Assembly (NCBI GenBank): GCA_918234285.1
Contig: CAKJXZ020000014.1
Location: 20,777-84,776, forward strand
Reading direction: 5' to 3'
Origin: Pseudomonadota bacterium
Lineage (GTDB): Bacteria > Pseudomonadota > Alphaproteobacteria > RF32 > CAG-239
DNA length: 64,000 nt
A program made the position numbers and the translations under genes. Positions 37,044 to 46,295 of the stretch are shown here, piece after piece (the stretch's first letter is position 1; each line of letters opens with the position of its first letter). A model generated the notes under the pieces. It was not told the DNA's origin, did no database searches, and saw only the letters and a program-made list of their open reading frames with translations.

Positions 37044-38797
37044 TGCAAAATAACATTTCTTTGGGCGGAAATATATGGAACGAGCCGGCAACGGACGATA
37101 AGCTTTGTCATCATATGTCCGAAGTTTGCGAGGTTCCGCTTTCTATTGCGCAAATTTTGTGTCTGCGCGGTATTGCCGCCGAAGAAGCCGATAATTTTCT
37201 GCACCCGAAAATTCAGAAATTGATGCCGGAGCCGACGGTATTGAAAGACATGCAAAAAGCGGCCGAGCGGATTGCCGCGGCGGTGGAAAAGCACGAGCAG
37301 ATAGCGATAATCGGCGATTATGACGTTGACGGAGCTACTTCCACTTCTATTTTAACCCGTTTTTTTCGTCAGGTCGGGATTGAGCCGCTTATCCATATTC
37401 CGAGTCGGGAAGAAGGCTACGGGCCGAGTGATGTCGCATTTAAGGAATTTGCCGACGGCAAGGCGAGTTTGGTTATTACCATAGATTGCGGCACTACGGC
37501 ATTTGAAGTGTTGAATCGGGCTGCCGAAAAATTTGATATCATTATTATAGATCACCACGAGGCCGAGCCGATTTTGCCCAAAGTGTATGCGGTGGTAAAT
37601 CCGAAACGTTTGGACGAAGACAATCCGTACACCTATTTGCAATACATGTCGGCCGTGGGTGTGGGGTTTATGGTGTTGGTAGCGGTGAACAGGTTGTTGC
37701 GCTTGCACGGCTTTTATCAAAATCGAGAAGAACCGGATTTGTTGCAACTGTTGGATTTGGTGGCTTTGGGGACGGTATGCGACGTAGTGCCGTTGCTCGG
37801 TCTCAATCGGGCTTATGTGCGGCAAGGACTGAAAGTAATGCACAGAATGCAAAATATCGGGTTGCGGCAACTGATGAAGGTTTTGAATTTGCAGGAAGCG
37901 CCGACGGCGTATCATCTCGGTTTTGCTATCGGGCCGCGGATTAATGCCTGCGGTCGGGTGGGCGATGCGCGGCTCGGAAGCCGTTTATTGTGTTCGGAAA
38001 GCGAAGAAGAAGCGCAGATGCTGGCCGAACAATTCAATCAGTTTAATTTTGAGCGTAAAGAGATAGAAAATTTTGTTTTTCTGAATGCAATCGAACAAAT
38101 TGAAGGCACGCCGCAAGAATATCCGATGGTGTTTGTTTACGGACACGATTGGCACCAAGGTGTTATCGGCATTGTGGCCGGAAAATTGCGCGAGCGTTAC
38201 AATGTTCCGGCATTTGTAATGTCGGTGGAAGCTGATGAAGTAAAGGGTTCGGCCCGTTCTACCGAAGGGATTGATTTAGGTGCGCTGATTCTTTCGGCCA
38301 AAGAAAAGGGAGTTATCAGCAGCGGCGGCGGACATATTATGGCAGCCGGTTTTTCTCTGAGTGAAGAACAGATACCGGAATTCAGAAAATTCGCCGGTGA
38401 ATATATTTTGTCGCGGCTCGGCAGCGAAAAAATCGTGCCGGTGCTGAATATTGATGCGATAGTCAGTCCGAGCGCGGTCAACGAACAATTTGCCGAGGAG
38501 TTACAACTGCTTGAACCTTATGGTACCGGTAATCCCGAACCGCAGATAATGTTACGGGATGTGCGTTTCGGTTGGGCGCAGATTGTGGGTAGCGGTCATG
38601 TTAAGTGCACGTTGTTGTCGGCAGCGGGTAATAGAGTTCCGGCGATTGCTTTTCGGGCTGCCGATAATGCCATCGGGCAGGCAATATTGCAAAACAGCGG
38701 CGAAGTGTTCGACGTGGTGGGATATGTGCGCTGCGACAGCTGGCAGGGACGTAAACGCGTACAAATGTTAATTAACGATATAAAGAGGAAGTCATGA
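37043..38797 (+). CDS. recJ: Single-stranded-DNA exonuclease RecJ
   Basis: GDYDVDG, DCG, DHH, GPRINACGR, GSARS, GGH.MAAG. Confidence 0.97.
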   Translation: MQNNISLGGNIWNEPATDDKLCHHMSEVCEVPLSIAQILCLRGIAAEEADNFLHPKIQKLMPEPTVLKDMQKAAERIAAAVEKHEQIAIIGDYDVDGATSTSILTRFFRQVGIEPLIHIPSREEGYGPSDVAFKEFADGKASLVITIDCGTTAFEVLNRAAEKFDIIIIDHHEAEPILPKVYAVVNPKRLDEDNPYTYLQYMSAVGVGFMVLVAVNRLLRLHGFYQNREEPDLLQLLDLVALGTVCDVVPLLGLNRAYVRQGLKVMHRMQNIGLRQLMKVLNLQEAPTAYHLGFAIGPRINACGRVGDARLGSRLLCSESEEEAQMLAEQFNQFNFERKEIENFVFLNAIEQIEGTPQEYPMVFVYGHDWHQGVIGIVAGKLRERYNVPAFVMSVEADEVKGSARSTEGIDLGALILSAKEKGVISSGGGHIMAAGFSLSEEQIPEFRKFAGEYILSRLGSEKIVPVLNIDAIVSPSAVNEQFAEELQLLEPYGTGNPEPQIMLRDVRFGWAQIVGSGHVKCTLLSAAGNRVPAIAFRAADNAIGQAILQNSGEVFDVVGYVRCDSWQGRKRVQMLINDIKRKS

Positions 38798-39447
38798 AAC
38801 AGGAAAACAAAACGGAAAATACGTTTTTTCGTAAATTGAAAAACTACTTTTTTACCGGTGTGATTGTGGCGGCACCGGTGGCGATTACGATATATATGTC
38901 GTATCACCTGGTGATATGGATAAACGAGGTAACCAAAAAGCTGATACCGCAGCAATGGAAAATCGGCGATTTTGTGCCGTATGCCGTGCCGGGGTTGGGC
39001 TTATTGTTGCTGATTTTGCTGTTGTTGTTTATCGGTATGCTCACTACCGGCTATATCGGTAAGTTTTTTGTGCGCCTGTGGGAAAAGATTATCCGCAAAA
39101 TGCCGGTGATTTCAAGCATATATTCGTTGTTGAAACAAATTTTCGAAACGTTTTTATCGCAAAAATCCCGCTCGTTTAACGAGGTGGTGTTGGTGGAATA
39201 TCCGCGCAAAGGACTGTGGTCGATTGCATTTGTCAGCAACAACGAAACCGGTGGCGAAATTGATGCCAATACCAAGCAAAAGACTTTGAGTATTTTTGTG
39301 CCGACGACGCCGAACCCGACTTCCGGATTTTTGATTTTTGTGCCGGAAAATGATGTGATTAAACTCAATATGAGTGTTGAAGACGGCATTAAATATGTGA
39401 TATCATGCGGCATCGTCACGCCGGATATGAAAGATAACGAAGAATAA
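38794..39447 (+). CDS. DUF502-family membrane protein
   Basis: VVLVEYPRKG, FVPTTPNPTSGF. Confidence 0.92.
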   Translation: MKQENKTENTFFRKLKNYFFTGVIVAAPVAITIYMSYHLVIWINEVTKKLIPQQWKIGDFVPYAVPGLGLLLLILLLLFIGMLTTGYIGKFFVRLWEKIIRKMPVISSIYSLLKQIFETFLSQKSRSFNEVVLVEYPRKGLWSIAFVSNNETGGEIDANTKQKTLSIFVPTTPNPTSGFLIFVPENDVIKLNMSVEDGIKYVISCGIVTPDMKDNEE

Positions 39448-39458
39448 GGAAAACGAAT

Positions 39459-40010
39459 ATGAGAACTAAGCTTTTATCAACTGTTGTGTTGCTCGGATGC
39501 TGTCTCGGTTGGCAGGCAGAAGCCGGATGGTGGGCAGACAGCTATAATTTTTTGAAAACCGATATCAAAGAAATTTGGAACGAGCATGATTATGATTTGT
39601 TTGTACCATTTTATGCTTGGCATAATCGTCTGACTTATGACCGTGAACATTTGGACAGATATAACGAGTATCCGTGGGGCGCCGGTTTGGGTATTTCGCA
39701 TATTAACGACGAAGGAACGTGGTCGGGCTTGTATGCTTTGGGCTTTAAGGATTCCAACTCGTATTTTGAAACATACTTCGGTTATGCCCGCCAGTGGAAC
39801 TGGTTCGCCGGTTCGGAAAATCAGTGGCACGCCGGTGTAGGCTATACTTTGGGTTTGACACAACGTCATGAGTATCATTATATTCCGGTGCCGTTGCCGT
39901 TGCCGTTGGTGGGTGCGGGATATCGCAATATTGAAGTGCACGGGGCATATATTCCGGGTGTTAAAAACGACGGAAACGTGTTCTTTATGTTTGCCCGTTT
40001 ACATATATAG
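39459..40010 (+). CDS. pagP: Lipid A palmitoyltransferase PagP
   Basis: Signal peptide; WHNRLTYD, YNEYPWGAG, FKDS, P.PLP, YIPG...GNV.F. Confidence 0.85.
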   Translation: MRTKLLSTVVLLGCCLGWQAEAGWWADSYNFLKTDIKEIWNEHDYDLFVPFYAWHNRLTYDREHLDRYNEYPWGAGLGISHINDEGTWSGLYALGFKDSNSYFETYFGYARQWNWFAGSENQWHAGVGYTLGLTQRHEYHYIPVPLPLPLVGAGYRNIEVHGAYIPGVKNDGNVFFMFARLHI

Positions 40011-40019
40011 GAGATGAAG

Positions 40020-40865
40020 ATGGAGCAGAAAATTATTCAAGTCGGAAAGGTGGCACTCGGCAATAGGTTGCCTCTGGCGCTTATATCGGGACCGTGTCAG
40101 ATTGAGAGCCGTGAACACGCGATTTTTATTGCCGGTTCGTTGGTGGAAATTACGCAAAAATTGGGGTTGCCGTATATTTTTAAGGCTTCGTTTGATAAAG
40201 CCAACCGTACCTCAATCAACAGTGCTCGCGGCGTAGGGTTGGAAGAAGGAATGAAAACGTTTGAGCAAATTCGTAAGCTGTATCCGGATTTGCCGATTTT
40301 GACCGATATTCACGAAGTATGGCAGTGCGCCGAAGTGGCAAAATATGTTGATGTGCTGCAAATTCCGGCATTTTTGTGTCGGCAGACCGATTTGGTGGTG
40401 GCGGCGGCCAAAACCGGTAAGGTGGTCAATATCAAAAAAGGACAGTTTTTGGCGCCGTGGGACGTGAAAAATATCGTAAAGAAGGTCGAAGATTCCGGAA
40501 ATCATAATATTTGCATTACCGAGCGCGGCACCAGTTTCGGCTATAATACGCTGGTTACGGATATGCGGGCATTTCCGCAAATGGCAAAAGATACCGGTTA
40601 TCCGCTGATTTTTGACGCTACGCACTCGGTGCAACAGCCGGGAGGATTGGGCGGAACTACCGGCGGACAGCGTGAATTTGCGCCGGTGTTGGCACGAGCG
40701 GCGGTGGCCGTGGGTGTGGCCGGCGTGTTTATCGAAACGCACGAAAATCCGGATAAGGCACTCTCCGATGGTCCGAACTCTATCAAATTGAGCGATATGG
40801 AACGGGTGCTGACCGAGTTGATGGCATTTGATAAAGTCAATAAAACTTTGATAAAAGAATATTAA
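40020..40865 (+). CDS. kdsA: KDO-8-phosphate synthase
   Basis: GPCQIES, SFDKANRTS, QIPAFLCRQTD, KKGQF, DATHSVQ. Confidence 0.97.
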   Translation: MEQKIIQVGKVALGNRLPLALISGPCQIESREHAIFIAGSLVEITQKLGLPYIFKASFDKANRTSINSARGVGLEEGMKTFEQIRKLYPDLPILTDIHEVWQCAEVAKYVDVLQIPAFLCRQTDLVVAAAKTGKVVNIKKGQFLAPWDVKNIVKKVEDSGNHNICITERGTSFGYNTLVTDMRAFPQMAKDTGYPLIFDATHSVQQPGGLGGTTGGQREFAPVLARAAVAVGVAGVFIETHENPDKALSDGPNSIKLSDMERVLTELMAFDKVNKTLIKEY

Positions 40866-40914
40866 GAATTTTGTGCTATAAACGGGACAACAGGGTTTTA
40901 TTGACAGGTAGAAT

Positions 40915-41643
40915 ATGCAATTCAGCGGCGAAGGATATATCATTAAAATCAGAAAACACGGCGAACAATCAGCGATTGTGACGCTTGTTTGTCCGCATAA
41001 AGGCAAAATCATCGGTTATGTTAAGGGTGCACTCAATAAACGCGGGCTGGGAGTTTTTCAAATCGGTAATTACATTTCATTCAATGCTTATGCCAGAGTG
41101 GAAGAAAATATGTTAAGCCTGCACGGAGTGGAGTTGGTGCATTCGCACGCAGCCGATTTTGTGCTGAATGAAGATAAAATTGAAGCGCTAGTCTCGTTGT
41201 GCCGATTGTTGGATGAGTGTGTGGCACAAAACGACGATTTGGGTTCTTTTTATGGCGCGGTTGATGATTTTTTCTGCCACATTAACGATGATAACTGGCT
41301 GGCGTATTATTCGTTTTTTGAGTTTTATTTGCTGGATTTTCTGGGCATCGGTCTGGATATCAAAGAATGTGCGGTTACCGGCAAACATACGGATTTGCTA
41401 TACGTTTCGCCGAAAACCGGACGTGCGGTATGTGCCGAAGTCGGGGCGCCGTATAAGGATAAATTGTTTGCTTATCCACAGTATATAGCCGAGAAAAATT
41501 ATCGCCCGCAACACAAGGAAATTACTGATGTTTTGGCAATGACCGGCAGCTTTTTGCAAAAGAATTTTTTAGCACAGCACAACTTGCAATTACCGGAAAA
41601 TCGTGTTAATCTGCTGAAATTCGGGAAAATGTATAAACTTTAA
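40915..41643 (+). CDS. recO: DNA repair protein RecO
   Basis: RKHGE, LGIGLD..CAVTG, YVSPKTGRAV. Confidence 0.92.
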   Translation: MQFSGEGYIIKIRKHGEQSAIVTLVCPHKGKIIGYVKGALNKRGLGVFQIGNYISFNAYARVEENMLSLHGVELVHSHAADFVLNEDKIEALVSLCRLLDECVAQNDDLGSFYGAVDDFFCHINDDNWLAYYSFFEFYLLDFLGIGLDIKECAVTGKHTDLLYVSPKTGRAVCAEVGAPYKDKLFAYPQYIAEKNYRPQHKEITDVLAMTGSFLQKNFLAQHNLQLPENRVNLLKFGKMYKL

Positions 41644-41652
41644 GGTGAAATA

Positions 41653-43872
41653 ATGGTTGATGAAGCGCAAAAAATAAAAGACGTACAGTTCGGAGAAGAA
41701 TTGAGTAAACGCTATTTGTCGTATGCAATGTCGACCATTGTATCGCGCTCGTTGCCTGATGTGCGCGACGGGTTGAAACCGGTACATCGGCGCCTGATGT
41801 ATGCCATGCGGCAGTTACATTTGGACCCGAAAAACAGTTTTAAAAAATGTGCCCGCGTGGTCGGTGATGTCATCGGTAAATATCATCCGCACGGCGACAG
41901 CGCAGTATATGGCGCCATGGTGCGTTTGGCTCAGGATTTTTCGGTGCGCTATCCGCTGGTAGACGGGCAGGGTAACTTCGGTAACGTTGACGGCGACGGT
42001 GCCGCGGCTATGCGTTATACCGAGGCGCGCTTGACCGAATTTGCCATGGATTTGATGGACGGATTGAACTCCGATGCGGTTGACTTTACCGATACTTATG
42101 ACGGCGAGGACAGCGAACCGGTGGTAATGCCGGCGATGGTGCCGAATTTATTGTGCAACGGCTCGATGGGTATTGCCGTGGGTATGGCTACCAATATTCC
42201 GCCGCATAATTTAAGCGAACTCAGCGATGCGTTGCTGTTGATGATCGATAATCCGGATTGCAGTGACGAAGCGGTGGTGCGCAAGGTACAGGGACCGGAT
42301 TTTCCGACCGGCGGTATGTTGGTTGATTCGTTTGAGACGATTTTGAATAACTATAAGCAAGGTAAAGGGAATTTCCGTATTCGCGCCAAGTGGACAACCG
42401 AAGATTTGGGGCATGGACAATATCAAATTGTGGTGACCGAGATTCCGTATCAGGTAATAAAATCAAAGCTGATTGAAAAGATTGCCGAGTTGCTGTTGAA
42501 TAAAAAGTTGCCGCTGTTGAACGATATCAGAGATGAATCGGCGCAAGATGTCCGCATTGTATTGGAGCCGAAAAATCGTACGGTGGATGCGGCGGTATTG
42601 ATGGAACAGTTGTATCGGCAGACCGATATGGAAGCCAAGTTCAATATGAATATGAATGTGCTCGATTTGGACGGGGTGCCGCGGGTGATGAGTTTGAAGC
42701 AGGTTTTGCACGATTATCTGGTTCATAGAAATAACGTTTTTTTACGTAAAATCAATTTCAGATTAAATAAAATTAATGCAAGACTTGAAATTCTTGAAGG
42801 CTATTTAATCGCTTATCTCAACTTGGATGAAGTAATCAGAATCATTCGGCAGGAAGACGAGCCGAAAGCGGTGTTGATGCAGACGTTTAAGCTGACAGAT
42901 AACCAGGCCGAGGCGATTTTGAATATGAAATTGCGCAATTTGCGCAAACTCGACGAGGAAGAAATCAAGGCCGAGCATACCGATTTGCTGGCGGAAAAGG
43001 CAGGGCTCGAGGTGTTAGTCGGCGATGAAGCCAAGCGTTGGGCCGCGATTGCCGAAGAAATCAAACGCATTAAGGAAAAATACAGCAAGAAAACTGCGTT
43101 GGGACGGCGGCGTACGGAGATTGCCGAACCGCCGGCGGAAATTGAATTTACCCCGGAAGTGTGGATTGAAAAAGAGCCGATAACCGTTATTTTGTCGCAA
43201 AAAGGTTGGATACGTTGTCTCAAAGGTTATGCCGATTTAAGCGAGGGCTTTAAGTTCAAAGATGATGACGCTTTGGCCTTTGCTATTCATGCGCAAACCA
43301 CCGATAAAATCGTGCTTTTGGATAATAAAGGTAAGTTCTTTAACATTGCGGCCGGCGATATTCCGAGCGGTCGCGGTTTCGGACAGCCGGTGCGCTTGAT
43401 GATAGATTTGGCGCAAACCGACGATATTGCGGCGATGTTTGTGTATGAGCCGGATGCCAAATATCTGATTGCCTCGGATAAGGCTTACGGCTTTATTGTG
43501 GACGAGAATCACATTTTGGCGCAAACTCGCAACGGGCGCAAAATTATGAACGTGGCCGACGGCGAGATGATTAAGTTCTGCGTCAAGGTTACCGGCGATT
43601 ATGTGGCAACCGTGGGCGAAAACCGCAAGCTTTTGGTGTTCAAAGCCGAGGAAATTCCGACGATGGCACGCGGACACGGAGTTTTGTTGCAAAGGTACAA
43701 AGACGGCAGTATTACCGACATTCAGTTCTTTAAGGGCGAGGAGGGCTTCAGCTATAATCGCGCCGGCGGAATCAGTACCGAAAAAGAGCTGATAACCTGG
43801 CTCGGACACCGCGCGCAAGTAGGCAAATTGGTGCCGTTTGGCTTCCCGAAAAACAATAAATTTTTGAAATAA
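41653..43872 (+). CDS. parC: DNA topoisomerase IV subunit A
   Basis: [27 protein letters not shown]; 739 aa, no GyrA box seen; next to recO. Confidence 0.93.
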   Translation: MVDEAQKIKDVQFGEELSKRYLSYAMSTIVSRSLPDVRDGLKPVHRRLMYAMRQLHLDPKNSFKKCARVVGDVIGKYHPHGDSAVYGAMVRLAQDFSVRYPLVDGQGNFGNVDGDGAAAMRYTEARLTEFAMDLMDGLNSDAVDFTDTYDGEDSEPVVMPAMVPNLLCNGSMGIAVGMATNIPPHNLSELSDALLLMIDNPDCSDEAVVRKVQGPDFPTGGMLVDSFETILNNYKQGKGNFRIRAKWTTEDLGHGQYQIVVTEIPYQVIKSKLIEKIAELLLNKKLPLLNDIRDESAQDVRIVLEPKNRTVDAAVLMEQLYRQTDMEAKFNMNMNVLDLDGVPRVMSLKQVLHDYLVHRNNVFLRKINFRLNKINARLEILEGYLIAYLNLDEVIRIIRQEDEPKAVLMQTFKLTDNQAEAILNMKLRNLRKLDEEEIKAEHTDLLAEKAGLEVLVGDEAKRWAAIAEEIKRIKEKYSKKTALGRRRTEIAEPPAEIEFTPEVWIEKEPITVILSQKGWIRCLKGYADLSEGFKFKDDDALAFAIHAQTTDKIVLLDNKGKFFNIAAGDIPSGRGFGQPVRLMIDLAQTDDIAAMFVYEPDAKYLIASDKAYGFIVDENHILAQTRNGRKIMNVADGEMIKFCVKVTGDYVATVGENRKLLVFKAEEIPTMARGHGVLLQRYKDGSITDIQFFKGEEGFSYNRAGGISTEKELITWLGHRAQVGKLVPFGFPKNNKFLK

Positions 43873-43884
43873 CAGGGGGTTATT

Positions 43885-44703
43885 ATGCAACCGGATGAAG
43901 CAGAAAAAGAGAAAAAAGTAAGAAAGGTTTCGCGGAAGGTTGCGCTTTTGTTTTTGGCGGGCGTTGTTTTGGGAGCGGTATTATGCTATGGGTATTTAAC
44001 ATATAAAAAAAAGTGGTATGAATGGTATACAAACCCCGATTTTCATGATTGCGGGTATACGTCTGCCGGTCTTGATAACCATGTAAAAGTGCATTGGGTA
44101 TGCAGGAACGGTCATTGTTATTGTGATTATGAGGCGGCACGAACAATGGATAAACCCATAATCTACCTCTATCCGCAAGAAACGACGGAAGTGCGGGTTG
44201 AGTTGGGGTATCCGGAAAACACGTTTCACACTTATCCTAAATATAAGGATTATTGGCAAGTGCGGGCCGAGCCGGACGGTAATTTGACCGACATGGCAAC
44301 GGGGCGGCATTATTATGCCTTGTATTGGGAAGGAAAAAATACGGTGGTGGCGCATCCGAGCGAAGGTTTTGTGGTTAAGGGTAAAGAAACGATAGCTTTT
44401 TTGGAAGAAAAATTGGCGCAGTTGGGCTTGAATGAACGAGAGGCTGAGGAATTTATTGTTTATTGGCTGCCGAAACTGGAGGATTCACCGTATAATTATA
44501 TCCGTTTTCAGACGATGGCGGAGCAAGATAAAAATATGCCTTTGATTATTACTCCGAAACCGCAAACGGTAATTCGGGTAATGATGGAGTATGATAATCT
44601 TGAGGAGCCGTTGGAAATTGAGCCGCAGATTTTGCCGGCAGAAGCGCCGATACGCACCGGCTTTACCGTCGTGGAGTGGGGCGGTACGAAAATAAGTTTT
44701 TGA
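43885..44703 (+). CDS. Conserved hypothetical membrane-anchored protein
   Basis: N-terminal TM; KPIIYLYP, LYWEG, FIVYWLP, VEWGG motifs. Confidence 0.75.
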   Translation: MQPDEAEKEKKVRKVSRKVALLFLAGVVLGAVLCYGYLTYKKKWYEWYTNPDFHDCGYTSAGLDNHVKVHWVCRNGHCYCDYEAARTMDKPIIYLYPQETTEVRVELGYPENTFHTYPKYKDYWQVRAEPDGNLTDMATGRHYYALYWEGKNTVVAHPSEGFVVKGKETIAFLEEKLAQLGLNEREAEEFIVYWLPKLEDSPYNYIRFQTMAEQDKNMPLIITPKPQTVIRVMMEYDNLEEPLEIEPQILPAEAPIRTGFTVVEWGGTKISF

Positions 44704-44714
44704 AAATCAGCAAG

Positions 44715-45737
44715 TTAAACGTTGTTTTTGGCGGCGAATTTGGCCAAACGCAACACGGTGTAACCGGCGATTTGTTCGGCCGGCATATTGGTGGTTTTGC
44801 AATCGCGCTCGCATTCATAAAGGGTGTTGATGGCGCTTAAAAGTTGCTCCTTATGCCATATCCGCAGTTGCTTATAAAAGTCGTTTTTGCGATAAAACAT
44901 CAAATTGAAAAATTTCGTGGCCTCGTCGGCGGATTTGCCGTCGGCTATTTGCGCCGAAGCTTCCAGCAACCGCCCGAAATGGTATTCCAGTTGTCGTACC
45001 AGAGTTGCCGGTTCCTCGCCTTCTTTGAGCAGGCGATTGAACATGGCACAGGCCTTTAAGACTTGACCGCCGGCCGTGTAATAACACAAATCCTCAATGT
45101 TGGCTCCGGCCACATCACTGACCGCATTTTTGATGTCTTCCGCGGTTACGGTGGTGCGCTCGCCCATATACATCGCCAGTTTATCAATCTCGCTCTGGTT
45201 GAGACGGCGATCCGGCGAGAGTCGGGAGCGCAACAATTGCAAGGTGGCATTATCGGCCATCAATCCTTTGGCTTTCAGCATGGTTTCAACATCGGCGGCA
45301 ATATCGGCTTCTCGATCTTCGTAACAGCCCACCAACAAAATATCTTTGCGGTCTTTAGCCCATGTTATCAAGGAAGAATTCTTTTTCAAACTCGATGAAC
45401 TCAAAATCAGCAGATTTTCCGACGGTGTATCCGGCAACATATTTTTAATCAGCGGCGTCAGGTTATTGTCGGCGTTTTGCACCACGATTGCCCGTCTGCC
45501 GCCCATCAGCGATTGCGCGTGGAACTCGGCATAAACTTCGCCACCGTCTTTAGAAATATCTTCCATTTGTAACAAACAATAGCGGAACGCGTCGTCGGTC
45601 GAGCCGCAGGCCGCCTCGGCACATTGTTTTTGCAACATGGAAATTTCGCCCTCGTTATTGCCATACAAAACAATGCACTTGACGGCCGGGTCCGGATTTT
45701 TGCAAAAACTCTCAAGCTGTGCCGGTTTAAAATTCAT
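44715..45737 (-). CDS. holA: DNA polymerase III delta subunit
   Basis: VLYG, SLMGGRR, SEIDKLAMY; leuS-lptE-holA order; start MNFKP. Confidence 0.88.
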   Translation of the reverse strand: MNFKPAQLESFCKNPDPAVKCIVLYGNNEGEISMLQKQCAEAACGSTDDAFRYCLLQMEDISKDGGEVYAEFHAQSLMGGRRAIVVQNADNNLTPLIKNMLPDTPSENLLILSSSSLKKNSSLITWAKDRKDILLVGCYEDREADIAADVETMLKAKGLMADNATLQLLRSRLSPDRRLNQSEIDKLAMYMGERTTVTAEDIKNAVSDVAGANIEDLCYYTAGGQVLKACAMFNRLLKEGEEPATLVRQLEYHFGRLLEASAQIADGKSADEATKFFNLMFYRKNDFYKQLRIWHKEQLLSAINTLYECERDCKTTNMPAEQIAGYTVLRLAKFAAKNNV

Positions 45738-46293
45738 CGGGATTGCCCACCTTGGTATTGACGGAGTGGAAATAAGCACCGATTCTGAGGGTAATATCAT
45801 TGGCGATGATTTTGGCGCCGTCTTTCTCAATTTTTTTCTTATCCATAGTGGTGGAATAAGGGTTATCGAGCAAGTCGTAGCTCAAAATCGTTGAACTGTT
45901 ACCGCTTACGAGTTTACCCTTTTTGTTGCTCCAAAGTTCGTATTTGACGGTATAAGTGACCTTCTCGCGGGTAGCTGTAATATCGTCACGCAGAGCTTGC
46001 TGTACCGTTTGTACGGTCGGAGCCTGAATTTTTAAGAAATATTCGGAATTTTTCGGTGCACCATAAGGATTAAACGTATCAATCAACTCGTTTTTGATCA
46101 GTTGCCCCATGCGACCGCCGGACGTAGTAATTTTGATTTGCGCCATTTGTTTGACAATATCGGCATCATATTGATTGTTATAATACCATAAATCATTACC
46201 TCCGGTCTTTTCAACGTATAATGGTTCGAAGCCGCAGGCGGAAAGACCGCAAATCAAGAACGCTGTCGTAAATATTTTTTTTGTTGCCACCAC
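45727..46293 (-). CDS. lptE: LPS assembly lipoprotein LptE
   Basis: LSACGFEPLY lipobox; position between leuS and holA. Confidence 0.8.
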   Translation of the reverse strand: MVATKKIFTTAFLICGLSACGFEPLYVEKTGGNDLWYYNNQYDADIVKQMAQIKITTSGGRMGQLIKNELIDTFNPYGAPKNSEYFLKIQAPTVQTVQQALRDDITATREKVTYTVKYELWSNKKGKLVSGNSSTILSYDLLDNPYSTTMDKKKIEKDGAKIIANDITLRIGAYFHSVNTKVGNPDEF

Positions 46294-46295
46294 TT

